Positions 8,827-19,557 of a stretch of 64,000 nt of DNA are shown here, piece by piece. The stretch's first letter is position 1, and every line of letters begins with the position of its first letter. This DNA comes from a bacterium. GTDB lineage: Bacteria; Zhuqueibacterota; Zhuqueibacteria; Residuimicrobiales; Krinioviventaceae. Position numbers and translations under genes: made by a program. The stretch lies in contig OY843751.1 in the NCBI GenBank assembly GCA_963693055.1, positions 736,001 through 800,000 of the forward strand. Reading direction: 5' to 3'. A model generated the notes under the pieces. It did not search any database. It worked only from the letters and a program-made list of their open reading frames with translations, and had not been told where the DNA came from.

Positions 8827-11800
8827 TGAACAAGAGTTTTGACATCCTGGATGATTTTCATCCGGTTGTTGCGGAATGGTTCCGTAAATCGTTTTCGGGA
8901 CCGAGTCCGCCCCAGGTACAGGGTTGGCCTGCCATTGCATCCGGCAATCATACCCTGATTCTGGCCCCAACAGGTTCGGGTAAAACCCTGGCCTCGTTTT
9001 TATGGTGTATAGACAATGTGTTCCGCAAGGGATTAGAGCGTGATCGTTCAGATTTTGCCGCTAATCGGGACGGGGTACACACATTGTATATCTCTCCCTT
9101 GAAAGCGCTGAATAATGATATTCATGCCAATCTTCAGGTCCCCTTGTCCGGCATTCGTGAAACCGCACTTGAAAAGGGACTGGAACCTCCGGATATCCGC
9201 ACAGCGGTTCGTACCGGAGACACACCCTCACATGTACGGCAATCCATGGTCAAGAAACCACCTCACATACTGATTACCACACCGGAATCGCTTTACCTGC
9301 TGCTGACATCTGAACGGGGCAGAGAGATGTTTGGCAACCTTAAATATGTCATCATTGACGAGATACACTCCCTCAGCAATAATAAACGTGGAACACACCT
9401 GAGCTTGTCCCTTGAGCGTTTGGAAGCCTTGTGCAAAACACCGCCGGTGCGAATTGGATTGTCTGCAACACAGCGTCCGTTAGAGCGCATTGCAGCGTTT
9501 TTGGGCGGACAGGTATACAACCCGGGAACGGATTCCTTTGTACCCAGACCCGTAACCATTGTAGATTGCGGCCAGCGCAAAGAACTGGATTTAAAAGTAA
9601 TCTCTCCGGTCAAGGATTTTAACGATTTACCGGATTCTACCATTTGGCCTTCATTAATTGATACGCTATACAATATGATACTGGCGCATGAAACCACCCT
9701 GGTATTTGTCAATATGCGTGCCCAGGCCGAGAAAATAGCCCGGCAGATCAATGAAAAACATGCAGAGAACACGGGAGGGGCAGATGGCCCCATGGCATTA
9801 GCCCATCACGGCAGCATTTCACGCGAGATGCGTTACGAGATTGAAAGCACGTTAAAAAAGGGCGAGATCCCCGCGGTGATTGCAACCTCATCATTGGAAC
9901 TGGGAATTGATATTGGCAGTATTGACCTGGTAGTACAGGTTGAGACCCCCAAGACCGTTGCATCCACGTTACAGCGCGTTGGGCGCAGCGGTCACTTGCT
10001 CTCCGCAACCAGCAAGGGGCGAATTATCCCATTATATCAGTCTGATCTGGATGACGCGGTTGCGTTTATTCGTTTTATGCGTGAAGGCGAGATCGAGGAA
10101 ACCCACATTCCGGAAAACGGTCTGGATGTGCTTGCGCAGCAGATTGTTGCCGAGGTATCCATGCGCGAGTGGCAGCGGATGGATTTATATCGATTGCTGC
10201 GGGGCAGTTACAGCTATCGCAATTTGACTGAAACGGTTTTTAACAATATTGTGGACATGCTTAACGGCAGGTTTGGGCATACAGAGCTACGGGCCTTGCA
10301 GCCGCGTCTGACCTGGGACACGGTCAATGACAGGCTCATCACCCGCAGGGGATCGCGACTGACGGCTGTGATGAACGGTGGGACCATTGCGGACCGTGCT
10401 TATTATGGTGTGTATTTGCAGGACAGCGGCACCCGCATTGGTGAAATGGAAGAAGAATTTGCCTTTGAATCACGTGTGGGCGATGTGTTCTTTTTGGGCA
10501 ATAACGAGTGGCGCATTAACGAGATCACCAAAGACAGGATCATTGTATCTCCATTGGGTTCGCCCACACCGCGTTCTCCATTTTGGAAGAGCGAGCCGCT
10601 TTACAGAGATTTTGAAACCAGTGCCAAAATTGGTTCATGGCGTGAACAGGTATTGAGTTATTTGAAAAAGCCGGACGAACTGGCACATGATTTTGATCTG
10701 GATGCGGAAACTGCTGAAAATGTATTGGATTATCTGAAACGGCAGTTTGAGCAGACCGGTAAGCTGCCCACGGATAAACGTATTGTGGTAGAATATTTCA
10801 GGGACTCTGTAGGTGAGCCGCAAGTGGTGATCCATGGTCCCTATGGCGGTAAAGTGTTGGGTGCCTGGGCAACGGTCCTTTGCGCAGTTCTTGAAAAGCG
10901 TTTTGATGTGCAGGTTCAATATTCCTATGATGACGACAGCATATTGATCCGTTTGCTGGACGTGACAGAACCTCCGGACATGGAGGCACTGTTGAAAATT
11001 ACGGCGGATGAAGCTGAAGAGATTTTAACATCTTATATCCCCACAACACCGCTGTTTGCCATCCGGTTCAGGCACAATGCAACCCGTGCGTTGTTGTTGC
11101 AGCGCTCTCGCACGGATATGCGAATCCCGCTCTGGCTACAGCGCTTGCGGGCATCTGATCTGCTGCAGGTTGTGCAGGAATTTCCGGATTTTCCCATTAT
11201 CATCGAGACTATGCGCGATTGTTTACAGGATGTATTCGATGTGGCAGGCATGAAAAAAGTTGTCAATGCTATACATGATAAAAGTTTAGAGGTCCATACG
11301 GTGCATACATCCTCTCCGTCCCCAATGGCGTCGGGAGTATTGTTCAGGCTATTGGCAGAGTATATGTATGAATATGATCAAACCCGCACAACCGGATTTG
11401 CGGCAGAGATCAGCAGTGATCTGCTGGCAGATGTGCTGCAAAAAGAAGTCATACCTGCTATTGTCAGTCGAGAGATTATTGATGAGACAGAATCCCGTTG
11501 GCAGCATACCGCTGCCGACAGCAAGGCCAAAGATGCGGAAGATTTATTCTCAATTATCCAAAAGCTGGGTCCTTTAACAGATGCGGAACTTGCTGAGCGG
11601 TCTGCAATGGACATTGATGAATGGACTGTGAATTTGCAAAAGCAGGACCGAATACTCCAAATTCATAAGGGTTGGATCACAACCCAGGAAAAGAACTATT
11701 ATGAATATCCACAGGAATCGGAGCATTGTAAATGGATTGTAAATAAAGTGTTTCGGGGACGGGGGCCTGTTTTAATAAATGAGGTGGTTGAGAAAACCGG

Positions 11801-13328
11801 ATTGAACAAAGAATGTGTTATCATTGCAGTTGATGCGTTGGTAAAAGACAAGGCCCTGGTAAGTGGAGCGTTGGTTGAAAATGAAATTGGCACTTTTTAT
11901 TGTGACCGACACAATTTTGCGCAATTGTACCGTCGTGCTATTGTCATCCGCCGCCAGGCTATGCGCCCAGGTGACCGGCAACTGTTTTACCGGTTTCTGT
12001 TAAACTGGCACCGTATCCACAAAGCAGATACCTCTGTGGACGAGATCGTCCGTCAATACAGCGGACTGTATTTGCCAACCGGTGTGTTTGAGCGTGATAT
12101 TCTGCGCAGCAGACTGATCAATGATACGGACCATGTGGACATTCTTGTGGATTTTGTAAATTCGTTTATGAATAGCGGAGATATTCATATTCGGGCGCAG
12201 AAAGAACGCGCGGGGACCCAAACCCGGGTATGTTATACCAGCCGGGGAGAGGGCAGCATTTTAAAAGCCTCTGCGGAAATACGAGAGACAGCAGATGATA
12301 TAAAAGGGGAAGAAGCGCAAACCGTACTTTTGTTTTTACGGGATAACGGTGCCAGCCATTTCAAAGATATTTGTGATGGATCCGGGCTTTCTCAGGTGCA
12401 GACGGAAAATGGATTGTACGAGCTGGCTTTGAGCGGATTGGTGAGTTGCGATCATTATTCCAGTTTCCTAAGGATTATTGGCAGGACAGTTAAAAGCGAA
12501 GAAAAAACAGTGTCATCGGGATGGCATGACGAGATCAAGCCAGCATTTCCTCGCGGCCCAGTTACGCGGCATGGCAGGCGAACACAGCGACCCAGTCGGC
12601 ACGAGATCCGATCCCGTTTACCGCGATACGAAGGCAGATGGACGCTGACCACTGCATTTGCGGTGCATGGCAAAGAGCTTGAGGATGATGCTCGCGCGGA
12701 AAAACAGGCCCGGCTGTTGTTGCAGCGATATGGCGTGCTGGTCAAAGAGTTTTATCGTCGTGAAATTGGTCTGATGCCGTGGTATAGGATATTCCGGACG
12801 TTGAAGCGTATGGAATGGAGTGGAGAGATCAGAAGGGGATATTTTATTGAAGGGTTGTCCGGTGTTCAATTTGCTTTACCCGAAGCGGTACGAAAACTGG
12901 AATCTCTGCAAACCGGAGAGGCAAAAATCAGTACCGGTCCGGCCTTGTTGACAGTTGTGGACCCTGCGTTGCCCTTTGGCGGGACCATTGATTGGGGCTT
13001 GAAAGACAAAGTGGGGAAATCCATTTCAGTCACACGTTTGCCGTCGAACCATTTGTTTTTTGTGGATGATCGTCCCGTTGTGTATTCAGAAAATTACGGT
13101 GCGCGATTATTTTTGTGCAGCGAGTTTAAATCGGAATATACCGATGAACTGGCCCAGGCGCTCAAACTGTTTTTGAAATTGCCGGAAATGTATCGTCCCA
13201 AACGCAAGCTGGAAATTCAAACAATTGATGGCTACCCTGCAGCGACGCATGAACTGGCAGAGATTTTTCTGAACTATGGTTACGAAGCGGATGGAAAATC
13301 ACTGGTTCTGTGGCCGAGCGGGGTGTGA
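8826..13328 (+). CDS. lhr: Lhr-family large ATP-dependent helicase (full-length, with C-terminal winged-helix/HTH_42-like region)
   Basis: APTGSGKT, YISPLKAL, TTPESL, IIDEIH, GLSAT, HHGS, LELGIDIG, QRVGRSGH; C-terminal GEIRRGYFIEGLSGVQFA. Start at ATG 8826, overlapping the esterase stop. Confidence 0.93.
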   Translation: MNKSFDILDDFHPVVAEWFRKSFSGPSPPQVQGWPAIASGNHTLILAPTGSGKTLASFLWCIDNVFRKGLERDRSDFAANRDGVHTLYISPLKALNNDIHANLQVPLSGIRETALEKGLEPPDIRTAVRTGDTPSHVRQSMVKKPPHILITTPESLYLLLTSERGREMFGNLKYVIIDEIHSLSNNKRGTHLSLSLERLEALCKTPPVRIGLSATQRPLERIAAFLGGQVYNPGTDSFVPRPVTIVDCGQRKELDLKVISPVKDFNDLPDSTIWPSLIDTLYNMILAHETTLVFVNMRAQAEKIARQINEKHAENTGGADGPMALAHHGSISREMRYEIESTLKKGEIPAVIATSSLELGIDIGSIDLVVQVETPKTVASTLQRVGRSGHLLSATSKGRIIPLYQSDLDDAVAFIRFMREGEIEETHIPENGLDVLAQQIVAEVSMREWQRMDLYRLLRGSYSYRNLTETVFNNIVDMLNGRFGHTELRALQPRLTWDTVNDRLITRRGSRLTAVMNGGTIADRAYYGVYLQDSGTRIGEMEEEFAFESRVGDVFFLGNNEWRINEITKDRIIVSPLGSPTPRSPFWKSEPLYRDFETSAKIGSWREQVLSYLKKPDELAHDFDLDAETAENVLDYLKRQFEQTGKLPTDKRIVVEYFRDSVGEPQVVIHGPYGGKVLGAWATVLCAVLEKRFDVQVQYSYDDDSILIRLLDVTEPPDMEALLKITADEAEEILTSYIPTTPLFAIRFRHNATRALLLQRSRTDMRIPLWLQRLRASDLLQVVQEFPDFPIIIETMRDCLQDVFDVAGMKKVVNAIHDKSLEVHTVHTSSPSPMASGVLFRLLAEYMYEYDQTRTTGFAAEISSDLLADVLQKEVIPAIVSREIIDETESRWQHTAADSKAKDAEDLFSIIQKLGPLTDAELAERSAMDIDEWTVNLQKQDRILQIHKGWITTQEKNYYEYPQESEHCKWIVNKVFRGRGPVLINEVVEKTGLNKECVIIAVDALVKDKALVSGALVENEIGTFYCDRHNFAQLYRRAIVIRRQAMRPGDRQLFYRFLLNWHRIHKADTSVDEIVRQYSGLYLPTGVFERDILRSRLINDTDHVDILVDFVNSFMNSGDIHIRAQKERAGTQTRVCYTSRGEGSILKASAEIRETADDIKGEEAQTVLLFLRDNGASHFKDICDGSGLSQVQTENGLYELALSGLVSCDHYSSFLRIIGRTVKSEEKTVSSGWHDEIKPAFPRGPVTRHGRRTQRPSRHEIRSRLPRYEGRWTLTTAFAVHGKELEDDARAEKQARLLLQRYGVLVKEFYRREIGLMPWYRIFRTLKRMEWSGEIRRGYFIEGLSGVQFALPEAVRKLESLQTGEAKISTGPALLTVVDPALPFGGTIDWGLKDKVGKSISVTRLPSNHLFFVDDRPVVYSENYGARLFLCSEFKSEYTDELAQALKLFLKLPEMYRPKRKLEIQTIDGYPAATHELAEIFLNYGYEADGKSLVLWPSGV

Positions 13329-13369
13329 TTTCTGATTTAATAAAATAAAGATTATTATTTAAGGATTTT

Positions 13370-14053
13370 TCAATCCTCCTGCAACTTGCCAAAACGGTTG
13401 CGCTGGAAAAATTTTGTGTTCAGTTTTAAAAAGTTTTGAACGGATTGTACAAGCTGGGATTTACGTCCGGTTTTGTAATACAGATATGCTGCCAGGGACA
13501 TAAACATTGCTCCTGAAGAATCCACAATCAAGTCCCACATGGTATCATGCAAACTGCCACGCTGCATATTGCCGTTGAATAGATTGTCTACGGTAAATTC
13601 GAAAATCTCCCACAGAGCCCCGAATGACACTGAAAAAGAGAATGCGAAAATACACATGAATTTACGGTCAAGCACCAGGTCTATTCTGGCATTGTGGTTT
13701 AAAATCCAGACCAGTAAAAGTCCTACAACACCCAAGAGCACCCCGGAAGTTCCATGCAGAAACAGGTCCCACCACCAAAAGCGTTCATAAAAATCAAAGA
13801 TCTCTCCCAGGAACATGGAGGCAAAAATAAACAGGATGGTAACCAGTTCAAATTCTGTCGGCAGGATCAGGTGATAATGCTTGGCAAACAATGTGGGAGT
13901 AATGGACAGCGCCATAATGCTGAGAATTGTCAAAACATTGAACCAGTCCATGCGAAATGCAGAGATGACCAGACCTAATAGTATAATAACTTGAAGAGAC
14001 AGTTTGATAATTCTTTGTACACGTGTTATTGGGGGATGTATGGTATTTTCCAT
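13370..14053 (-). CDS. Integral membrane protein (YjdF/DUF2238-like)
   Basis: About 6 TM helices; WWWDLFLHGTSG, GALWEIFEF and DTMWDLIVD motifs. Confidence 0.7.
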   Translation of the reverse strand: MENTIHPPITRVQRIIKLSLQVIILLGLVISAFRMDWFNVLTILSIMALSITPTLFAKHYHLILPTEFELVTILFIFASMFLGEIFDFYERFWWWDLFLHGTSGVLLGVVGLLLVWILNHNARIDLVLDRKFMCIFAFSFSVSFGALWEIFEFTVDNLFNGNMQRGSLHDTMWDLIVDSSGAMFMSLAAYLYYKTGRKSQLVQSVQNFLKLNTKFFQRNRFGKLQED

Positions 14054-14130
14054 TGCTGGTTTCCTATTTTATTATCTTTAAAATAAAAATCAGCAATGAA
14101 AAATTCAACAACTATCATTAAAATTTGAGA

Positions 14131-14164
14131 GAAAAATATCCGCAAGGAATCACCTTGCGGATAT
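14131..14164 (-). terminator. Intrinsic terminator
   Basis: ATATCCGCAAGG / CCTTGCGGATAT perfect inverted repeat with a T-run on the minus strand, just after the 14172 stop. Confidence 0.8.
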
Positions 14165-14171
14165 AGCAGGC

Positions 14172-14729
14172 TTATAAATTTTCAGCCATTTGTTTGTCAA
14201 ACATTTTATCCATTTCTAAATGGAGAAACGTGAAAACATCGCCTTCCATTAGCATGTCTTCATTGAGTTTTATTGATGAAGATAATAAAGAGTCATTTAG
14301 GTATATTTCGGCCAGCTTTGCATCTACCTGGAGGTGATATAAGGGATCATTGGTGATCATTTTATCTAGTGGCTTGTTGAATTTGCTCATGTCAAGCTGT
14401 GGACAATCAGATTTTAGTAATACCAATATATGCAAGGTGCTGTGGCGAATCCATGCGGATTCATGTGATAAATTTTTGATCCAGAGATCAGTTGTCTCTT
14501 TCATTGCTTTTGAATTGATAAAATTATCAAATTCTTTCATCTTTTTTTGAGGATAAGAGGTTTTATAGGTATTCAATTTTGAAAGCGCTTCAAGTTGAGC
14601 TTCTCTGTTGGAGGATGATAAAGCTTTGAGATATTTGGAGATTTCCTTTTCAATCTCATCTGGTAAATTTTCTGAAAAACAAATACCCGTGAATGTCAGG
14701 AATACTGCAAAAATGAGTAATTTTTTCAT
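14172..14729 (-). CDS. Secreted hypothetical protein, helical (HEAT-like)
   Basis: MKKLLIFAVFLTF signal peptide with AAGGAG RBS; helical repeats such as 'LSHESAWIRHSTLHIL'. Confidence 0.6.
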   Translation of the reverse strand: MKKLLIFAVFLTFTGICFSENLPDEIEKEISKYLKALSSSNREAQLEALSKLNTYKTSYPQKKMKEFDNFINSKAMKETTDLWIKNLSHESAWIRHSTLHILVLLKSDCPQLDMSKFNKPLDKMITNDPLYHLQVDAKLAEIYLNDSLLSSSIKLNEDMLMEGDVFTFLHLEMDKMFDKQMAENL

Positions 14730-15156
14730 TTCTTTCTCCTTGATAAAATGATGTATGTCAAATAGCTGGTTAGACCGGACCCTTGAATGAATCATATTCA
14801 TTTCAGGCCGGAAGATTATAACAGATTGTGAACGTATTGTATTCCGAATGAGAAAATTAAATCACAATTATTGTCAATTCGGATTGTTAATTTTTTTCCT
14901 AGATATATTCAGCGGGTGTGTTGTATTTTTGTTATTGGTATAATGGGGATTTATGAAAATGTCTATTGCCGCAGCTTCAACAGAGATGATATTTGTCGGA
15001 TGCAGGCAAAGCAAGGGGTACCAAAGCAATCTGTTAAAATTGGTTTAATGTTGAGCGCTGTTTAAAGTTTGTGACGTTTTAAGCGTTACCCCGGCAGTAT
15101 CCATGTAATCTTGAATAGTATAATATTAATTATTTAAGCAAAAAGACTGTTGAAAT

Positions 15157-15185
15157 AAAAAACCGGGAGTAAATGCTCCCGGTTT
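15157..15185 (-). terminator. Intrinsic terminator after the fucosidase gene
   Basis: AAACCGGGAG / CTCCCGGTTT stem with a T-run on the minus strand. Confidence 0.8.
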
Positions 15186-15190
15186 AATTT

Positions 15191-16489
15191 TTATTCTTTA
15201 ATATTTGTTATCTTGAAAACAACAGGGTTGGGCCAGGTGCGGTCATTATAAAGACGTTGTGCCCGTGTAGCTGTTATTTGCAAGCCTTCTGTCATTTGTT
15301 GCCAGGTAGTTTTGGGGATGCGTTCGGTATTGTACTCAAGAACTTTGTCATTTTGTCCCAGTATAGATACGGTAGTATTGTTACTGATTTTAATTCCCGG
15401 CAGTAACAATGTTTTTTCTTGTCCCCATTTCCAGGGGGCACCGGTAACAAACGCATAAACGGTATTTTCTGTTTTATGCCGGGTAAACCAGAGACTGTCT
15501 GATTTTGCTGTTTTCCAGGGTAACACATTATATACGGCTTCTCCATTGACAAACATCCACAGGCCCACCTCTCTTAATATATTTTGCTGTTCCATGGGGA
15601 TCTCTCCCTCCGGGTCGGGACCAATATTCATCAACATATTGCCGCCCTTGGCGCGGGTTTCAATAAGATTTTTTATCACCTCATTCGCGCTCATGTATTT
15701 CTCATTGGTGGGTTTGTATTGCCAGGAGGTGCCCAGGGTGAAGCATGCTTCCCAAGGCTCTATATCCGTCATGTTCGGGAGTTTTGCACTAGTTGATGGC
15801 GCAATTTCAGGTGTATTCATTGCTCCGCGGGTAATTACTGCATCCGGCTGCAGCTCCCATGTCAGATCTACCAGACCATTTTCCTGTCCGTCAAAAAAGA
15901 CTATGTCGATGGGGCCATATTGTGTCATTAATTCTTTGACCTGGGCTTTATTGGTTTGCATTAATTCCGGATTATTCAGGGGCAGCACCTCGGGTCTGCG
16001 ACGGCTGATCAGCGTGCCTTGCTGATGCAGAACGTAAAAATCATCCGGAGAAAAATAAAATCCTACCTGAATGCCCGCATCCCGAAAGGCCTTGACAATC
16101 TCTGCGGTTATATCTTTACCATATGGGGTATGCATGATGTTGAAATTATTTGTTTTGCTGTCAAACATGCAAAAACCGGAATGGTGCTTGGTTGTGAAAA
16201 CCACATATTTAAATCCTGCGGTTTTAGCGAGCCTTGCCCATGCTTGTGGATTGAAATTTTGCGGATTAAAATTGGCCGGGAGATCATTAATAAACTTTTG
16301 TACATACTCATCCGAGGCACCAACCATAGAGTGGCTGATTACAGTTCCGATCTGACTGTCAACACCCCAGTGTATAAACATACCAAAGCCCAGATCGCGG
16401 AACCATTCCAAACGTTCCGGTTTGTTTTCAGCAAACAGGAATTGGGGAAGGATAAGGAATATTAAAATAATGTAATATTTCAGTTTCAT
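15191..16489 (-). CDS. Alpha-L-fucosidase, GH29
   Basis: Signal peptide, WFRDLGFGMFIHWG, VFTTKHHSGFCMF, FFDG nucleophile region, GGNMLMNIGP. Confidence 0.9.
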   Translation of the reverse strand: MKLKYYIILIFLILPQFLFAENKPERLEWFRDLGFGMFIHWGVDSQIGTVISHSMVGASDEYVQKFINDLPANFNPQNFNPQAWARLAKTAGFKYVVFTTKHHSGFCMFDSKTNNFNIMHTPYGKDITAEIVKAFRDAGIQVGFYFSPDDFYVLHQQGTLISRRRPEVLPLNNPELMQTNKAQVKELMTQYGPIDIVFFDGQENGLVDLTWELQPDAVITRGAMNTPEIAPSTSAKLPNMTDIEPWEACFTLGTSWQYKPTNEKYMSANEVIKNLIETRAKGGNMLMNIGPDPEGEIPMEQQNILREVGLWMFVNGEAVYNVLPWKTAKSDSLWFTRHKTENTVYAFVTGAPWKWGQEKTLLLPGIKISNNTTVSILGQNDKVLEYNTERIPKTTWQQMTEGLQITATRAQRLYNDRTWPNPVVFKITNIKE

Positions 16490-16506
16490 GCTGCCTCCCA
16501 TATTTA

Positions 16507-17148
16507 TTAAAAAACAATCCATAGTTTTATGGCAAAGCCTGCCTGGTAATCCCAAAAAGTATGGTGATTGCTGGATTGAAAAACCAACCCCACATCCGGT
16601 TTGAGATAGTTGGTGATATAAAACTTTGTTCCAAAACGTATACGGTTTATGTTAACGTAATGGTCTGTTGCGTTGTAAAAGATTTCATCATTTAAATAGA
16701 ATGAAAACTCTTTGCCTCTAATATAATAATCCGTTGCTACCTGGGTACGATTTTTATAGACGCGAATATTGTAATTGTCTTTGCGATCTCTGTATTCAAA
16801 TTTGTGCTGATTTGATATTTCCCAGGGACCACGTTCATATTTAAAATTCAATCTCAATACCGGTTTCTGTTCCGGGACCCATTCCGCACCTTTAATGGAA
16901 CCTCTTTGGTAGGTCACACCAATATCCAGCCAGGATTTGAATGCATATGACAGTTCCAGGCTAACTTTTTTAAAATTTTGTTCTGACGCGTCATTGCGGA
17001 AACGATTTTCTCCATCGCTTTGTAATTTCCAGGAATCATTGAAATCATGTTGAAATCCATAGCCAGCCCAGAATTGGTGGTCCATGTCCAGTGCGTGGGA
17101 AAATGTAGTAATGAAGAATATGCTGAGGGGAATGAATACTTTGTACAA
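16507..17148 (-). CDS. Outer-membrane beta-barrel protein (DUF2490-like)
   Basis: TTG start, signal peptide, 'YLNDEIFYN...NRIRFG' pattern and a terminal Phe. Confidence 0.65.
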   Translation of the reverse strand: MYKVFIPLSIFFITTFSHALDMDHQFWAGYGFQHDFNDSWKLQSDGENRFRNDASEQNFKKVSLELSYAFKSWLDIGVTYQRGSIKGAEWVPEQKPVLRLNFKYERGPWEISNQHKFEYRDRKDNYNIRVYKNRTQVATDYYIRGKEFSFYLNDEIFYNATDHYVNINRIRFGTKFYITNYLKPDVGLVFQSSNHHTFWDYQAGFAIKLWIVF

Positions 17149-17308
17149 CTCTACTCTCTTTATAAAACATGAAAAATAAATATAATCAATATATTATAAT
17201 AATTAAATATGAAAAATACGTAATGTTGAAAAAAATACATTTTTTTACAAAACTTTATCGTTTCATACGCATCTAATTAAAGTTGTCACTTAATTTAAGG
17301 ATGTTGAA

Positions 17309-17956
17309 ATGAATAACGAACATGTGGAAATATTGAAAAAGGGAACGGAAATTTGGAATAACTGGCGGCACGAGAATCCTGCAATTGTACCGGACTTGCA
17401 GGATGCGGATCTGTCTGGTATGGATCTGCAATTTGCAAATTTGCAAAGCGCAAATTTATTTATGGCAAACTTGCGGGGAAGCAATCTTGGTAAAGCCAAT
17501 TTAGAAACTGCGAATCTGGAAGGTGCGGACCTGGAAGGTGCAGCACTGTGGGAGGCCAATGCGTTTTCTGCCAATTTTCAATATGCCAATTTAGAAAATA
17601 CAGTGCTTGAAAAAGCAAACCTGAAAAAAGCTGCTTTAAATGGTGCGTCTCTGAACGGTGCGGTGTTGAATGACGCAGTGCTTTCGCAAGCCAATTTGCA
17701 AAAAGCAGTATTATATAATGCAATTATGATCACTACCAATCTGGATAAAGCCGATTTGTCTGATGCTAACTTGACAGGGGCAACCATTGCCTGTTGTCAT
17801 GTGGGTGACTGGCGAATTAACGGTACCCGCTGTGACCATTTTTATTCAGACCGCGTGCGGCGCAAACGCCATCCGGCAAATGGTAATTTTCAGGCCGGAG
17901 AGTTTGAAATGCTGTGGGGTCAGGGCCTCAAACAGAGCTGTGTGATTGGGGAATAG
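17309..17956 (+). CDS. Pentapeptide-repeat protein
   Basis: N-terminal 'GTEIWNNWR...PDL' followed by many A(D/N)LxX repeats. Confidence 0.92.
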   Translation: MNNEHVEILKKGTEIWNNWRHENPAIVPDLQDADLSGMDLQFANLQSANLFMANLRGSNLGKANLETANLEGADLEGAALWEANAFSANFQYANLENTVLEKANLKKAALNGASLNGAVLNDAVLSQANLQKAVLYNAIMITTNLDKADLSDANLTGATIACCHVGDWRINGTRCDHFYSDRVRRKRHPANGNFQAGEFEMLWGQGLKQSCVIGE

Positions 17957-17968
17957 AGACCTCCCCCA

Positions 17969-19369
17969 TCAATGCACCAGGGTCATTTTCCTGATTTGAG
18001 ATTGATTGCCAGAAACCAGTTTGTAGAAATATACTCCTGACGGAACACGGTTGCCGCTTGCATCTGCGCTGTTCCAGGGGATTGTATAAATACCGGCTGT
18101 TTGCTGTTTGTCAACCAGGGTAATGATCTCTCTTCCCAAAATATCATAAATAGTCAATTTTGTATGCGCGTCTTTTTCTACCCGGTATTGAATAGTGGTT
18201 TGGGGATTAAAGGGGTTGGGATAGTTTTGTAAAATACGATCTGGTATGTTTGTGCCAGAATTGACACCCCAATCACATGTACACCAAAGTCTACCCATTA
18301 ACAGTATCGTATCAATCTCCCAGGAAGCGGATTGAAAGGTATCCATTGACTTGAACCACCTAAAACGGAGTTGTATATCATTTTTATCTTTTACAAGCGA
18401 GTCAATGTCTAATGTGTAGTATTTATCGTGATCAATATTGTTTTCGTTACATGGTGCTTTCTTGGTAAAAGAGCGTATTGTATTCCAGGTTTTTCCACTA
18501 TCCGTTGTAATTTCAACATTTGCATTAAATGGATAGTCGTGCCCGCCAGTCCCTGTTATTTTAGAGTGGAAAAACAAATAGATATCTCTACCTCCATCAC
18601 GAATAGGTTCTAAATCATAAATTGGGCTTAAAAGTGTTTCGTTTTGATGTTGTACAAGGGGGTTTTGACTTTTTGAATAGTCATTAATATCTACAAGGGT
18701 TCTATCAATTACAAATTTTATTGGATTATAGTCATAACTTTTTTCAACATGCCAGGCATTAATATGATTTTGTCCTGATTTATATGTGCTGTCTATTGCA
18801 ACCCAGTTTTTTGCCTGATTGTCTATAAAAAAACTGTCAGTTGATGTATAGACTGGTAAACCACTAATTGAGTTGTCTTGATGTGTGAAACATTCAATGA
18901 CATCATCATCATCCGGAAGTGATAAAAAACTTTTTTCAATTTTATTGTTATATGGATTTTGGTCATCCCCATATAGTGATTCTATAGAAATTATGAATTT
19001 TTCAAGATCAGTTATTACTTTCCAATTGAAACTTAAAACTCTGCTTGAATCACCAGACAACAAGGGCGGAGATTGATCATTTTTGATATATAATGTATCT
19101 GTTTGTCCATTTCTGGAAGGAAAAGTAATACATAGTACAAGCGGTACAGGACCTATAGCACTTGTACCGTTATTTTTTATTCTACATGATATGGTTAATT
19201 CATCATATTGATACACCATTTGACCCGGTTCAAGACCCAGATCGAGAGAAATAGGCATAGCATCTATTTCATACTCTGAAACAGAATCCGGTTGAGTGAT
19301 ACCCGTACTTGCAAGCAATGACAACGAAGACATAAACAGGACAAAAAACAGGCAATTGTAAACTTTCAT
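17969..19369 (-). CDS. Secreted protein with CARDB/Ig-like domain and C-terminal T9SS type-A/FlgD-like sorting domain
   Basis: Signal peptide from ATG 19369; 'IKNNGT...DQNPYNN' CARDB-like segment; C-terminal LQNYPNPFNPQTTIQY...SGVYFYKL. Confidence 0.8.
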   Translation of the reverse strand: MKVYNCLFFVLFMSSLSLLASTGITQPDSVSEYEIDAMPISLDLGLEPGQMVYQYDELTISCRIKNNGTSAIGPVPLVLCITFPSRNGQTDTLYIKNDQSPPLLSGDSSRVLSFNWKVITDLEKFIISIESLYGDDQNPYNNKIEKSFLSLPDDDDVIECFTHQDNSISGLPVYTSTDSFFIDNQAKNWVAIDSTYKSGQNHINAWHVEKSYDYNPIKFVIDRTLVDINDYSKSQNPLVQHQNETLLSPIYDLEPIRDGGRDIYLFFHSKITGTGGHDYPFNANVEITTDSGKTWNTIRSFTKKAPCNENNIDHDKYYTLDIDSLVKDKNDIQLRFRWFKSMDTFQSASWEIDTILLMGRLWCTCDWGVNSGTNIPDRILQNYPNPFNPQTTIQYRVEKDAHTKLTIYDILGREIITLVDKQQTAGIYTIPWNSADASGNRVPSGVYFYKLVSGNQSQIRKMTLVH

Positions 19370-19471
19370 GGAATGTCCCCACAGAATGATTGGTGATTTG
19401 TTGAAATAAAATATATGAAAAATGAAAGTGTGGTACAAGAAGAAAAAAATCGGGCCCCCCGTCTCAACCCT

Positions 19472-19555
19472 TACCCCTAAAGGTGTCTTACAAGCCCGAT
19501 ACAGTAAGAGTATACAAATGTAATTCAAATATATCAATACTCCCTAGGGAGTATT
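19472..19555. promoter_or_regulatory. Two NarL/LuxR-type 7-2-7 inverted-repeat boxes
   Basis: Perfect 20-bp palindrome AATACTCCCTAGGGAGTATT (19536-19555) and imperfect TACCCCT-AA-AGGTGTC (19472-19487), between the LuxR gene and its downstream secreted-protein gene. Confidence 0.55.
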
Positions 19556-19557
19556 TT

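Noticed and set aside
17400-17790. Repetitive GCAAAT/GCCAAT DNA resembling a repeat array
   Set aside because: The 15-nt periodicity comes from pentapeptide-repeat coding. It is not a CRISPR array or a non-coding repeat.
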